From: Candidatus Nomurabacteria bacterium GW2011_GWB1_43_19
Lineage (GTDB): Bacteria > Patescibacteriota > Minisyncoccia > Phycocordibacterales > UBA9973
Direction: 5' to 3'
DNA length: 64,000 bases
Assembly (NCBI GenBank): GCA_000999465.1
Contig: LCGB01000003.1
Location: forward strand, 4,252 to 68,251
The first letter of the stretch is position 1, and each line of letters begins with the position of its first letter. Position numbers and translations under genes: made by a program. The notes beneath the pieces are model-generated. The model searched no databases. It had not been told where the DNA came from and worked only from the letters and a program-made list of their open reading frames with translations. Positions 1 to 8,241 of the stretch are shown in pieces.

Positions 1-170
1 TGCCGTTTCCGGCGCTGGACGGCGGGCGGCTTTTTTTCCTGCTGATTGAAAAAATAAAGGGCTCGCGTATTAATCCGAAAGTCGCCAATACCGCCAACAT
101 GGTCGGCTTCGGGCTTCTGATATTCCTGATGCTCGTCATTACTTATCATGATGTAATAAAACTCCTTTAG
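1..170 (+). CDS. rseP: Site-2 (RIP) metalloprotease RseP family, C-terminal fragment (5' end outside window)
   Basis: Translation in frame from nt 3 reads ...PFPALDGGRLFFLLIEKIKGSRINPKVANTANMVGFGLLIFLMLVITYHDVIKLL*. It matches the conserved RseP C-terminus (P-x-LDGG-h-LhFhhIE motif plus last TM helix). Stop TAG at 168-170. Confidence 0.6.
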   Translation, partial: PFPALDGGRLFFLLIEKIKGSRINPKVANTANMVGFGLLIFLMLVITYHDVIKLL

Positions 171-195
171 TTCCCCTATGTCAGACATAGGGGAA
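171..195. repeat. Palindromic element, ATGTCWGACAT family (single unit TTCCCCTATGTCAGACATAGGGGAA)
   Basis: Perfect 25-nt palindrome immediately after the rseP stop. It overlaps the annotated start of the M24 peptidase ORF. Confidence 0.8.
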
Positions 196-933
196 AACAG
201 TAAATCTATGAAAACTACATTCATCCACGAAATCCGGGCGGTAAAAAATAAAAAAGAACTGGCAAATATAATCAGGGCGCAAAGAATCAGTGAAAAGGTA
301 CTGGGGCGCGTTTTGGCGAATTTAAAGACGGGAGTAAGCGAAATTGAGACAGCCAACCTGATTAAAAAAAGTTTCATTAAAGAAGGCGCCCCGGTGCTGT
401 CTTTTCCTCCGATTGTGGCGTTCGGTAAGAATTCCGCAAATATCCACCACATTCCCGGCAAAACCAAATTGAAAAAAGGGGATATGGTCATGTTTGACTT
501 CGGCTGCGCGGTTAGCCATTATTGTTCCGATATGACCCGGACATATTTCTGGGGTGAACCCTCTTTAAAACAGAAAAAAATTTATTTGGCGGTGCTGGAA
601 GCCCAGAACCGTGTTTTATCCTTGATTAAAAAAGGCGAGCGCCGCGCCGGAGTTATTGACGCAAGCGCGCGGAAATTTCTGGCTAAAAAATACAAAAATA
701 ACTTTAAGCACGGCCTGGGCCACGGGGTTGGCACCGTTATCCACGAATGGCCAAACTTCAAGCCGAAAAGTGAGGATATTCTACCGGTCGGCTCGGTAAT
801 GACCGTGGAACCGGGGCTTTACTTTAAGGATTGGGGCGGGGTGCGGATAGAGGATATGGTCTTGATTGCCCGAAAAGGGTATAAAAATTTAACCAACATC
901 CCCAAGGATTTATCAAGTGCGATTTTGAAATAA
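178..933 (+). CDS. M24 family metallopeptidase (Xaa-Pro aminopeptidase/prolidase-like catalytic domain only)
   Basis: Pita-bread motifs FDFGCAVSHYCSDMTRT, HGLGHGVGTVIHEWP, VEPGLY and GGVRIEDMVLI. Only 251 aa, so it lacks the N-terminal creatinase-like domain. The first 10 codons (MSDIGENSKS) are encoded by a palindromic repeat, so the true start may be M at nt 208. Confidence 0.75.
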   Translation: MSDIGENSKSMKTTFIHEIRAVKNKKELANIIRAQRISEKVLGRVLANLKTGVSEIETANLIKKSFIKEGAPVLSFPPIVAFGKNSANIHHIPGKTKLKKGDMVMFDFGCAVSHYCSDMTRTYFWGEPSLKQKKIYLAVLEAQNRVLSLIKKGERRAGVIDASARKFLAKKYKNNFKHGLGHGVGTVIHEWPNFKPKSEDILPVGSVMTVEPGLYFKDWGGVRIEDMVLIARKGYKNLTNIPKDLSSAILK

Positions 934-953
934 TTGGGGTATACTAGGATGTC

Positions 954-1922
954 ATGACTAGGAAGAAAATCAAAATCGGCGTGCTGTTCGGAGGTAAATC
1001 GGCGGAACATGATGTATCGCTGCAATCGGCTCGAAATGTTATAAATGCCCTTGATAAGAAAAAATATCAGGTGGTTCTCGTTAAAATCAACCGGAACGGA
1101 AAATTTAAATTTGATTCCATTAAAAATTTTGACGTTGTTTTCCCGGTCATGCACGGACCGTTTGGCGAAGACGGCAGTATGCAAGGGCTTTTGAAACTTG
1201 CCGGAGTGCCGTTTGTGGGTCCGAGCGTACTTGGGTCGGCAGTTGGAATGGATAAAGATGTGATGAAACGGCTTTTCCGGGATGCCGGGATTCCTATCGG
1301 CAGATTTATTGTCATCAAAGATAATGAGAAAATTAATTTTAATAAAGTTAAAAAAGAGCTTGGCCTGCCTGTTTTTGTGAAGCCGGTTAATATGGGCTCG
1401 TCGGTGGGGATAAATAAAGTTAGGAATGAAAAAGAGTTTAAAAAAGCGGTTAAAGAAGCCTTTAAGTTTGATACGAAAGTTATCATTGAAGAATTTATTT
1501 CCGGACGCGAGATAGAATGTTCGGTTTTGGGAAATAAAAAACCTACAGCTTCAATTCCCGGTGAAATTATTGCGAATCAGGAATTCTACTCCTATGATGC
1601 CAAATACATAGACGAGGGATCTGTTGCTGTTATTCCGGCCAAAATTGATAAAAAAACTACTAAAAAAATTCAGGAGTTGGCCATTCGGGTATTCAAAGTT
1701 CTTAATTGCGAAGGTATGGGGAGAGTGGATTTTTTTCTTAAAAAGAACGGAAGGGTGGTGGTAAATGAAATAAACACAATACCGGGATTTACAAAAATCA
1801 GCATGTACCCAAAATTATGGGAAGCGAGCGGAATGCCGTTTTCGAAACTTCTGGATAAATTGATAGAGCTTGCGATAGAGCGCTTTAAAAAAGAGCAGAA
1901 ACTAAAAACAACCGTAAATTAA
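954..1922 (+). CDS. ddl: D-alanine--D-alanine ligase
   Basis: N-terminus KIGVLFGGKSAEHDVSLQSA and an ATP-grasp domain with C-terminal NEINTIPGFT. Length 322 aa. Confidence 0.9.
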   Translation: MTRKKIKIGVLFGGKSAEHDVSLQSARNVINALDKKKYQVVLVKINRNGKFKFDSIKNFDVVFPVMHGPFGEDGSMQGLLKLAGVPFVGPSVLGSAVGMDKDVMKRLFRDAGIPIGRFIVIKDNEKINFNKVKKELGLPVFVKPVNMGSSVGINKVRNEKEFKKAVKEAFKFDTKVIIEEFISGREIECSVLGNKKPTASIPGEIIANQEFYSYDAKYIDEGSVAVIPAKIDKKTTKKIQELAIRVFKVLNCEGMGRVDFFLKKNGRVVVNEINTIPGFTKISMYPKLWEASGMPFSKLLDKLIELAIERFKKEQKLKTTVN

Positions 1923-1926
1923 AGTT

Positions 1927-2733
1927 ATGCGGAATACCAAAAACAACAGGCCAATCGGGGTTTTTGATTCAGGGGTAGGCGGGCTTTCGGTGCTTATTGA
2001 ACTCGAGAAGATACTGCCGAGAGAAAACTTTGTATTTTTAGCCGACCAATTACATGTTCCCTACGGCGAAAAAAGCAAAAGCGAACTCGTCGGCTTAGCT
2101 TACCGGATTGTCGATTTTTTTATAAATAAACACGATGCCAAAATGGTTGTTATCGCCTGCAATACCTCCACTTGTTATTCCATTGACGCTCTCCGTAGAA
2201 AATATTCGCTTCCGATTATCGGGACGGTTCCGGCGGTTAAACCGGCAAGTGAAAAAACCAAAAGTGGCGCTATCGCCGTGATTTCCACGCCGGCCACTTC
2301 AAAAAGCAGAGTATTAAAAAAACTGATTGAAGATAATTGCTGGGGGATGGAAGTGTTTAACGTCGGCTGCAAGAATCTGGAAAATGCCGTGGAAAAGGGG
2401 AATATAGATAATCCCCGGGTTCATATTTTACTCAAAAAGTACCTGAAAAAGATAAAAAATTCAAAAATTGATTACCTTGTTTTGGGCTGCACCCATTATC
2501 CGTTTCTTAAAAAATCCATCAGAAAATATGTAAAACCCCCGGTAAAACTTCTGGATGGAGGATTTTCTATCGCCAAAAGAGTCGGATTTTTATTAAAAAC
2601 CAATTTTTTAAAAACCGGCAAAAAAACGAAAGGGAAGACCCTTTATTTAACTACCGGAAATTCCGCCAAATTTTCCAAAGTCGCGGGGAAATTATTGAAT
2701 AAAACCATAAAATCTAAAACCGTTAAAATTTAA
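1927..2733 (+). CDS. murI: Glutamate racemase
   Basis: GVFDSGVGGLSVL, VIACNTS and LGCTHYP motifs. Adjacent to ddl. Confidence 0.9.
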   Translation: MRNTKNNRPIGVFDSGVGGLSVLIELEKILPRENFVFLADQLHVPYGEKSKSELVGLAYRIVDFFINKHDAKMVVIACNTSTCYSIDALRRKYSLPIIGTVPAVKPASEKTKSGAIAVISTPATSKSRVLKKLIEDNCWGMEVFNVGCKNLENAVEKGNIDNPRVHILLKKYLKKIKNSKIDYLVLGCTHYPFLKKSIRKYVKPPVKLLDGGFSIAKRVGFLLKTNFLKTGKKTKGKTLYLTTGNSAKFSKVAGKLLNKTIKSKTVKI

Positions 2734-2746
2734 ATTTTATAAAAAT

Positions 2747-2780
2747 ACTTAAAACTCTGTGATAGCAGAAAATGTAACAA
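2747..2780 (+). promoter_or_regulatory. Conserved promoter/operator-like motif (copy 1), upstream of rpmG
   Basis: ACTTAAAACTCTGTGATAGCAGAAAATGTAACAA. A -35-like TTAAAA, then a conserved 17-nt spacer with a CTGYGATMGCMG dyad, then a -10-like element. Confidence 0.5.
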
Positions 2781-2816
2781 TTTGCTTTTTATAATTTTTT
2801 ATACTAATCTATGCAT

Positions 2817-2975
2817 ATGTCACAAGAAAGATTAATCAAACTGGCCTGCGGAACCTGCAAACGCATCAATTACTGGTCCAGCAAGAACAAAAAACTCGTT
2901 ACCAAGAAAATAGAGCTTAAAAAATTCTGCAAATGGTGCCGCAAGCAGACCAAGCACAAGGAAGTCAAGAAGTAA
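2817..2975 (+). CDS. rpmG: 50S ribosomal protein L33
   Basis: Short ORF missed by the >=60 aa track: MSQERLIKLACGTCKRINYWSSKNKKLVTKKIELKKFCKWCRKQTKHKEVKK (C-x2-C ... C-x2-C zinc ribbon typical of L33). An alternative ATG lies at 2811. Confidence 0.8.
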   Translation: MSQERLIKLACGTCKRINYWSSKNKKLVTKKIELKKFCKWCRKQTKHKEVKK

Positions 2976-2992
2976 ATTTTTCCGCTTCTTTT

Positions 2993-3064
2993 GCGGGCGA
3001 TGAGGGAATCGGACCCCCGACATCGGTTTTGGAGACCGAAGTTATACCACTTAACTAATCGCCC
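2993..3064 (-). tRNA. tRNA-Trp (anticodon CCA)
   Basis: Reverse complement GGGCGATTAGTTAAGTGGTATAACTTCGGTCTCCAAAACCGATGTCGGGGGTCCGATTCCCTCATCGCCCG folds as a cloverleaf. Anticodon loop CTCCAAA; T-arm GGTCCGATTCC. Confidence 0.8.
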
Positions 3065-3147
3065 AACTTTCAAGAACGTAGGCTGATTATAACAAACTGA
3101 ATCAAAAATGGAAGAACACTTCCAAAACCTAGAAAAAGAGATTGAAC

Positions 3148-3969
3148 TCATAAAGCAGACGCATCAAACCACTTTATCTCTTTATCTCTTTTGAACCAAG
3201 TCATCTGCCTTTTGGCGTATTTTAAGGTTTCTTTAATTACTTTTTCCGGCGTCGGATTATTATATTCAAAACCAAACTCTTTTAATCTTTTATCGGACAC
3301 TCCCGCGCGCTTAAGTTTTTCTATTTCTTTCAAGAGTCCGTCTTTAAACATTTTTTTAACTCTTTGCTCCACTTTATTTTTTAGTTTATCAGGAGGCAAA
3401 TACAGCCCGATCTTGATGAATTGATAGGGAAGCGGATTAGCTTTTGGGCGAGGAACCTCGCCGAGATATTTGGCTATTTCAATCGCCCGAACCAGCCGGA
3501 CCTTATTTTTGGTATCGATATTTTTTGCGCGTTCCGGATCCATTTTTTTAAAATACTCAAATAATGCTATCGCTGATTTTGAGTATAATTCTTTACGCAG
3601 TTTAATATTTGGCGGGACCTCAGGGAAAACTATTCCCTTAGTTATGGCGTCAATATAGAAACCCGTTCCTCCGCAGATAATTGGAAACTTTCCTCGTTTT
3701 TGAATCTCCGCTATAACGTAGATTGCTTGCTTTTGATATTCAGCGACTGAAAACTTGGATTTTGGGTTAGCCACATCCAACAAATGGTGCAGCACACCTC
3801 GCATTTCTTTCTTGTCGATTTTACCCGTCCCTATGTTAAGTCCTTTATAAACCTGCCTGGAATCGGCGGAAATTATTTCACCTTTTAGTTTTTTAGCAAT
3901 ACTGACAGCCAAAGTGCTTTTGCCGGTTGCGGTTTGTCCCAGGATAACAATAATTTTCGGCTTAGACAT
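3148..3969 (-). CDS. miaA: tRNA dimethylallyltransferase
   Basis: P-loop ILGQTATGKST plus ISADSRQVYKGLNIGTGK, characteristic of MiaA. Confidence 0.9.
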   Translation of the reverse strand: MSKPKIIVILGQTATGKSTLAVSIAKKLKGEIISADSRQVYKGLNIGTGKIDKKEMRGVLHHLLDVANPKSKFSVAEYQKQAIYVIAEIQKRGKFPIICGGTGFYIDAITKGIVFPEVPPNIKLRKELYSKSAIALFEYFKKMDPERAKNIDTKNKVRLVRAIEIAKYLGEVPRPKANPLPYQFIKIGLYLPPDKLKNKVEQRVKKMFKDGLLKEIEKLKRAGVSDKRLKEFGFEYNNPTPEKVIKETLKYAKRQMTWFKRDKEIKWFDASAL

Positions 3970-5500
3970 ATGTTCCTTTTATTATTTTAATGTCCGCGCC
4001 AATAGAATTCAGCCTTTCCGCAATTTCTTCATAGCCGCGGTTTATCATATAAACATTGCGGAGAATGGAAATTCCGTTCGCTCCCAACATGGAAATGAGT
4101 ATAACCATGGACGGGCGCAGGGCGGGAGGGCAGACAACTTGCGCCGGTTTTAGCATTGTTCCGCCGTTTATATAAAGACGGTGGGGATCAGCAAGCGTTA
4201 TATCCGCTCCCAAGCGATTTAATTCGGTTAAATATATAGCGCGATTCTCATAAACCCAGTCGTGAATCATCGTTTGACCTTTTGCGCGTATTGCAATCGG
4301 AACAAAAAACGGCAAGTTATCAATGTTTATTCCCGGATAGGGGTTGGAGTGCAATTTATCGTGAAGAGCTTTCAGCTTGCTTGGGAGTATTTCCACATCC
4401 GCCAGTTTTGTCCGGCCGTTGAATGAGTTATATATTTTCGATATTTTGTATTTTAAATTCATTCTTTTTAATTTTTCAAGTTCCAGAGACATAAAATCTA
4501 TCGGCACACGGGTGACTTTAAGTCGGGAGTCTGTGACGATACAAGCGGAAATAAACATCATCGATTCTATCGGGTCTTCGCTGTTCCAATATTCGATATT
4601 TTTATTGATTTCTTTTATCCCGTGGACGGTCAGGTTGGCGGTGCCGATGCCGTCAATTTTTACTCCCAGCGCTTCCAGAAAAAAACATACTTCTTGTACC
4701 ATGTAATTGGCGCTGGCAAAACTTATTTTGGTAGTTCCTTCAATCAAGGCGGCGGCCGTGAGGACATTTTCACAGGCGGTATCTCCCGATTCATACATCA
4801 CTACATCTTTCGGCTTCAATTTTTTTGCGGTTATTTCGTAGTTTTTGACGGTCGTTTTTATTTTTACTCCAAATCGCTCAAGCGCGTAAATATGCGCGGC
4901 TATAGTGCGTTTTCCTAAGTGGCAACCATGCGCATGCGGGATAGAAAAGGAAGATAATTTGTGGATAAGAGGACCCATTAGCATAACAACGGAACGTGTT
5001 TTTAGGGCCGATTCTATATTAATATTTTCCAGGTTAAATTTGGCGGGTGGAGTTATTGTCAGTGTGTTTTGGTTAAGCCACTTTACCGCGACTCCGATAC
5101 TTTCCAAGATTTCAATTACCCGAAAAACTTCTTCGATCTTGGCGATGCCGTGCAGGGTCGTCGTCCCGCTGTTTATAAGCGAGGCGCACAGGAGACCGAC
5201 GGAGCCGTTTTTTGAAAAGTTGGTTTTAATCGTTCCGCTTAATTTCTTGCCGCCGTTCACTTGGAAATCAATGGAATCATTTATGGAAATAATCTGGTGG
5301 TCGAGAACATTGCTGATCTTTAAGAGAAGCTCGGTTGTAAAATTTTGTTCGCCTTTTTCCATACGGGGGATGGAGCTCTGTGATGTGTTGAGCGCTTTAG
5401 CGAACTCTGCCTGTGTCATCCCGCGATGTTCACGGAGTTCCCGGATAAAATACCCTATTTTTTCCTGCTCGGTTTGCACCGTTTCTTTTGTTTTAGTCAT
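3962..5500 (-). CDS. murA: UDP-N-acetylglucosamine 1-carboxyvinyltransferase with N-terminal HTH (XRE-type) domain fusion
   Basis: Residues ~15-70 (IRELREHRGMTQAEFAKALNTSQSSIPRMEKGEQNFTTELLLKISNVL) look like HTH_XRE. The rest is the MurA/EPT fold (GGKKLSGTIKT..., C-terminal NRGYEEIAERLNSIGADIKI). Single uninterrupted 512-aa ORF. Confidence 0.8.
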   Translation of the reverse strand: MTKTKETVQTEQEKIGYFIRELREHRGMTQAEFAKALNTSQSSIPRMEKGEQNFTTELLLKISNVLDHQIISINDSIDFQVNGGKKLSGTIKTNFSKNGSVGLLCASLINSGTTTLHGIAKIEEVFRVIEILESIGVAVKWLNQNTLTITPPAKFNLENINIESALKTRSVVMLMGPLIHKLSSFSIPHAHGCHLGKRTIAAHIYALERFGVKIKTTVKNYEITAKKLKPKDVVMYESGDTACENVLTAAALIEGTTKISFASANYMVQEVCFFLEALGVKIDGIGTANLTVHGIKEINKNIEYWNSEDPIESMMFISACIVTDSRLKVTRVPIDFMSLELEKLKRMNLKYKISKIYNSFNGRTKLADVEILPSKLKALHDKLHSNPYPGINIDNLPFFVPIAIRAKGQTMIHDWVYENRAIYLTELNRLGADITLADPHRLYINGGTMLKPAQVVCPPALRPSMVILISMLGANGISILRNVYMINRGYEEIAERLNSIGADIKIIKGTYV

Positions 5501-5513
5501 ATGTCAAATAGTA

Positions 5514-5531
5514 TATCTCATATATGAGATA
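5514..5531. promoter_or_regulatory. Perfect 18-nt palindrome TATCTCATATATGAGATA in the promoter of the HTH-murA fusion gene
   Basis: Located 14 nt upstream of the start codon (minus strand). It overlaps a TATACT -10-like box. A candidate operator for the fused XRE-type HTH. Confidence 0.5.
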
Positions 5532-5591
5532 ATGCAAGCATAGTGTATGATAAATTGATTTCCGCCTGCAATTAAAGTATTATTTGGACAT

Positions 5592-5678
5592 GCCCAGGTG
5601 GCGGAATTGGTAGACGCGATAGACTCAAAATCTATTGATGGCAACATCATGAGAGTTCGATTCTCTCCCTGGGCACCA
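5592..5678 (+). tRNA. tRNA-Leu (anticodon CAA), encoded CCA
   Basis: GCCCAGGTGGCGGAATTGGTAGACGCG...GACTCAAAATC... has a long variable arm. T-arm GGTTCGATTCT; 3' end GGGCACCA. Confidence 0.85.
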
Positions 5679-5756
5679 AAAAACATATTTTGTTTTGCAC
5701 TTGATATAAACATAAATATCGATTTTTATTTTTTGGAAGTGTGCTAAAATGTACTC

Positions 5757-6743
5757 ATGTCCAACTTATATTCCAATTCAATTTTTTGGATTGATACCGA
5801 TAAAATTAAACCGAATCCGCTCCAGCCGAGACGGGATTTTGACGAAGCGCGTTTACAGGACCTGGCTGATTCCATAAAGCAATACGGGGTTCTGCAGCCG
5901 TTGACCGTTTCTCGAATGGAAATGGAAAAAGAAAATGGTGGGCTGGTAACTGAGTATGAACTAATTGCCGGAGAGCGCCGGCTACGGGCTGCCAAGTTGG
6001 CACAAGTATCGCAGGTGCCCGTCATAATTCGCATCGGAGACACGGCCATTATGAAACTTGAACTGGCAATTATTGAGAATCTGCAACGCGAGGACTTAAA
6101 TGCGGTGGACCGCGCCAGAGCTTTTTTCCGGCTGGTCGGTGAATTTAAATTCACCCATAATGAAATTGCAAAAAAAATGGGCCGCAGCCGGGAATATGTT
6201 TCCAATTCTCTGCGTATTTTGACTCTGCCGGAAGAAATTTTAAACGGTCTTTCCGAAGGCAAAATTACCGAAGGGCATACTCGTCCGCTTCTTATGCTGG
6301 CAGACCATCCGGAAGAACAGTTGGTTTTATTCAAGGAAATTTTATACAAGAAAATTACCGTGCGCGAAGCCGAAAGACTGGCAAGAAAAATAGCTTACGA
6401 CCGGGTCCGGAAGAAAGAATTTATGCCCGACCCGGAAATAACCGAATTAGAAGAAGAGTTTCAGGAAAAACTCGGCACCCGGGTGCACATAGACAGAAAG
6501 GAACTGGGTGGACAGATTAAAATTGATTTCTTTTCCACAGAAGACCTGCGAACCATTTTGGATTTAATTCATAAAAGTGAATCCGAGAAAAAACCGGAAC
6601 AAATGCTTGAAAATTTTATCGCCAAGAATAATTCAAAAGAAGAAATTCCGACACTTGAAGAGACACCGGTGGATGACAGGACAAAAGAAGATATAAACAA
6701 GGACGACGCCGATTTATACAACATTTCCAATTTCAGCGTATAA
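5757..6743 (+). CDS. parB: Chromosome partitioning protein ParB/Spo0J
   Basis: ParB box LQPLTV...GERRLRAAKLA and an HTH region. No parA is adjacent. Confidence 0.85.
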   Translation: MSNLYSNSIFWIDTDKIKPNPLQPRRDFDEARLQDLADSIKQYGVLQPLTVSRMEMEKENGGLVTEYELIAGERRLRAAKLAQVSQVPVIIRIGDTAIMKLELAIIENLQREDLNAVDRARAFFRLVGEFKFTHNEIAKKMGRSREYVSNSLRILTLPEEILNGLSEGKITEGHTRPLLMLADHPEEQLVLFKEILYKKITVREAERLARKIAYDRVRKKEFMPDPEITELEEEFQEKLGTRVHIDRKELGGQIKIDFFSTEDLRTILDLIHKSESEKKPEQMLENFIAKNNSKEEIPTLEETPVDDRTKEDINKDDADLYNISNFSV

Positions 6744-6744
6744 A

Positions 6745-8214
6745 TCAGCTTCTTCCGAAGGATTTAAGTCTGGCAAGTAAGCTGTTTTTTTCCAAGTACG
6801 ATCTTATATGTTTTTTAGCAATGGAAGTTTTTACGAATTCCAACCATTTACTGGAAGGTTTGGAGTCCTTTTTGGTTACTATTTCCACGATATCTCCATT
6901 TTTTAACTTTGTGAAAAGTTGCACCATTTTGCCGTTAACTTTTGCGCCGAAAGTATGGTTTCCAATATCGGAATGAATGGAATAGGCAAAATCAAGCGGG
7001 CATGATTCTTCCGGCAGGTCTATAACATCTCCCTTGGGAGTAAAAACGAAAATACGATCATTAAAAAAATCCATTTTCAGGTGGTCAATAAATTTTTTCG
7101 GATCATCGGGTGAATATTTCAATTCCTTTAACTCCTCAACCCATTTAAATTTATTCTTATCATTTTTTACCTTTTTGTCTTTTTGTTCTTTGTAGGCGAA
7201 ATGCGCGGCAATACCGTAAGCGGCTTCGGCGTGCATTTCTTTTGTTTTTATTTGGATTTCCGCGACTCTTCCCAGCCCGGTAAAAATAGTCGTATGAATT
7301 GAACGGTAGCCGTTCGGCTTGGGGACAGCGATGTAGTCCTTAATTCTGCCCGGTAGGGGATTCCAGATGGAATGAATCAGCCCAAGAACCCGATAACACT
7401 CTTCCACAGTATTAACCACGACGCGCAGAGCCACGATGTCATATATTTTATCTATGTCTATGTCGTATTTCAGGAGCTTCTTGTATAAGCTGTATCTGTG
7501 CTTTATACGATAATCAATTTCCACGAATTTAATTTTGTTTTTCTTCAATTCTTTTTCAAGTTCGGTGCGGACTTCGGTCAGGTTTTTCTGGAAAGTGTCT
7601 TTTTTTTCTTTAATTATTTCTTCCACCTGGGCATATTCCGCGGGATAAGCATATGGAAAAGCGGCATCTTCAAGCTCGCCTTTAAGTTTTCCCATTCCAA
7701 GACGGTTCGCCAATGGCGCATAGACTTCAATGGACTCGATGGATATTCTTTCCCTCTTGTCTTCGCGCAAGAATTCAAGCGTGCGCAGATTATGTAGTCG
7801 GTCGGCAAATTTTATAATAACCACGCGCAAATCGTTTGCCATGGCGATAAAAAATTTACGCAGAGATTCCACATGCCTTTCATGCCCGCGGTATTTGAGA
7901 GTTCCCAACTTAGTCACGCCTTTTATCAAGAACAGGATATCGTCGCCGAATTCTCTTTTTATTTCTTCCTCTTTTATCTCGGTGTCTTCCAGTATGTCAT
8001 GCAGAAGCCCGGCGGCGATGGTCTTTGCATCCATTCCAAGCTGGGTCAGGATTTTAGCAGTTTCAAAAACGTGATTAAAATATGGTTCTCCGTTCATCCG
8101 TTTTTGCCCGGCATGCGCTTTTTCGGCAAATGCACAGGCCTTTTCAATGAGAACAGCATCTTTTTTGCATAAATCCCCGGTAATTAGGTCTATCATCTCT
8201 TTAATATTTGCCAT
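6745..8214 (-). CDS. (p)ppGpp synthetase/hydrolase, short Rel/SpoT homolog (HD + synthetase + TGS-like, no ACT)
   Basis: HD motif LLHDILEDT, synthetase region YRSIHTTI and a TGS-like C-terminus. 489 aa. Confidence 0.85.
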   Translation of the reverse strand: MANIKEMIDLITGDLCKKDAVLIEKACAFAEKAHAGQKRMNGEPYFNHVFETAKILTQLGMDAKTIAAGLLHDILEDTEIKEEEIKREFGDDILFLIKGVTKLGTLKYRGHERHVESLRKFFIAMANDLRVVIIKFADRLHNLRTLEFLREDKRERISIESIEVYAPLANRLGMGKLKGELEDAAFPYAYPAEYAQVEEIIKEKKDTFQKNLTEVRTELEKELKKNKIKFVEIDYRIKHRYSLYKKLLKYDIDIDKIYDIVALRVVVNTVEECYRVLGLIHSIWNPLPGRIKDYIAVPKPNGYRSIHTTIFTGLGRVAEIQIKTKEMHAEAAYGIAAHFAYKEQKDKKVKNDKNKFKWVEELKELKYSPDDPKKFIDHLKMDFFNDRIFVFTPKGDVIDLPEESCPLDFAYSIHSDIGNHTFGAKVNGKMVQLFTKLKNGDIVEIVTKKDSKPSSKWLEFVKTSIAKKHIRSYLEKNSLLARLKSFGRS

Positions 8215-8241
8215 CTAAGAATTATACATCCCGATAGAGTT

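Noticed and set aside
3066-3150. 28-codon ORF (MEEHFQNLEKEIELIKQTHQTTLSLYLF) between tRNA-Trp and miaA
   Set aside because: It is too short, has no RBS or motif, and overlaps the miaA 3' end on the opposite strand.
4905-5543. Long antisense ORFs (e.g. 4905-5543 +, 4377-4706 +, 59228-59932 +, 43712-44227 +, 53924-54445 +) overlapping well-supported genes
   Set aside because: They lie opposite strongly conserved genes (murA, aspS, the M23 peptidase gene, scpA). They have odd composition and no motifs, so they are treated as shadow ORFs.
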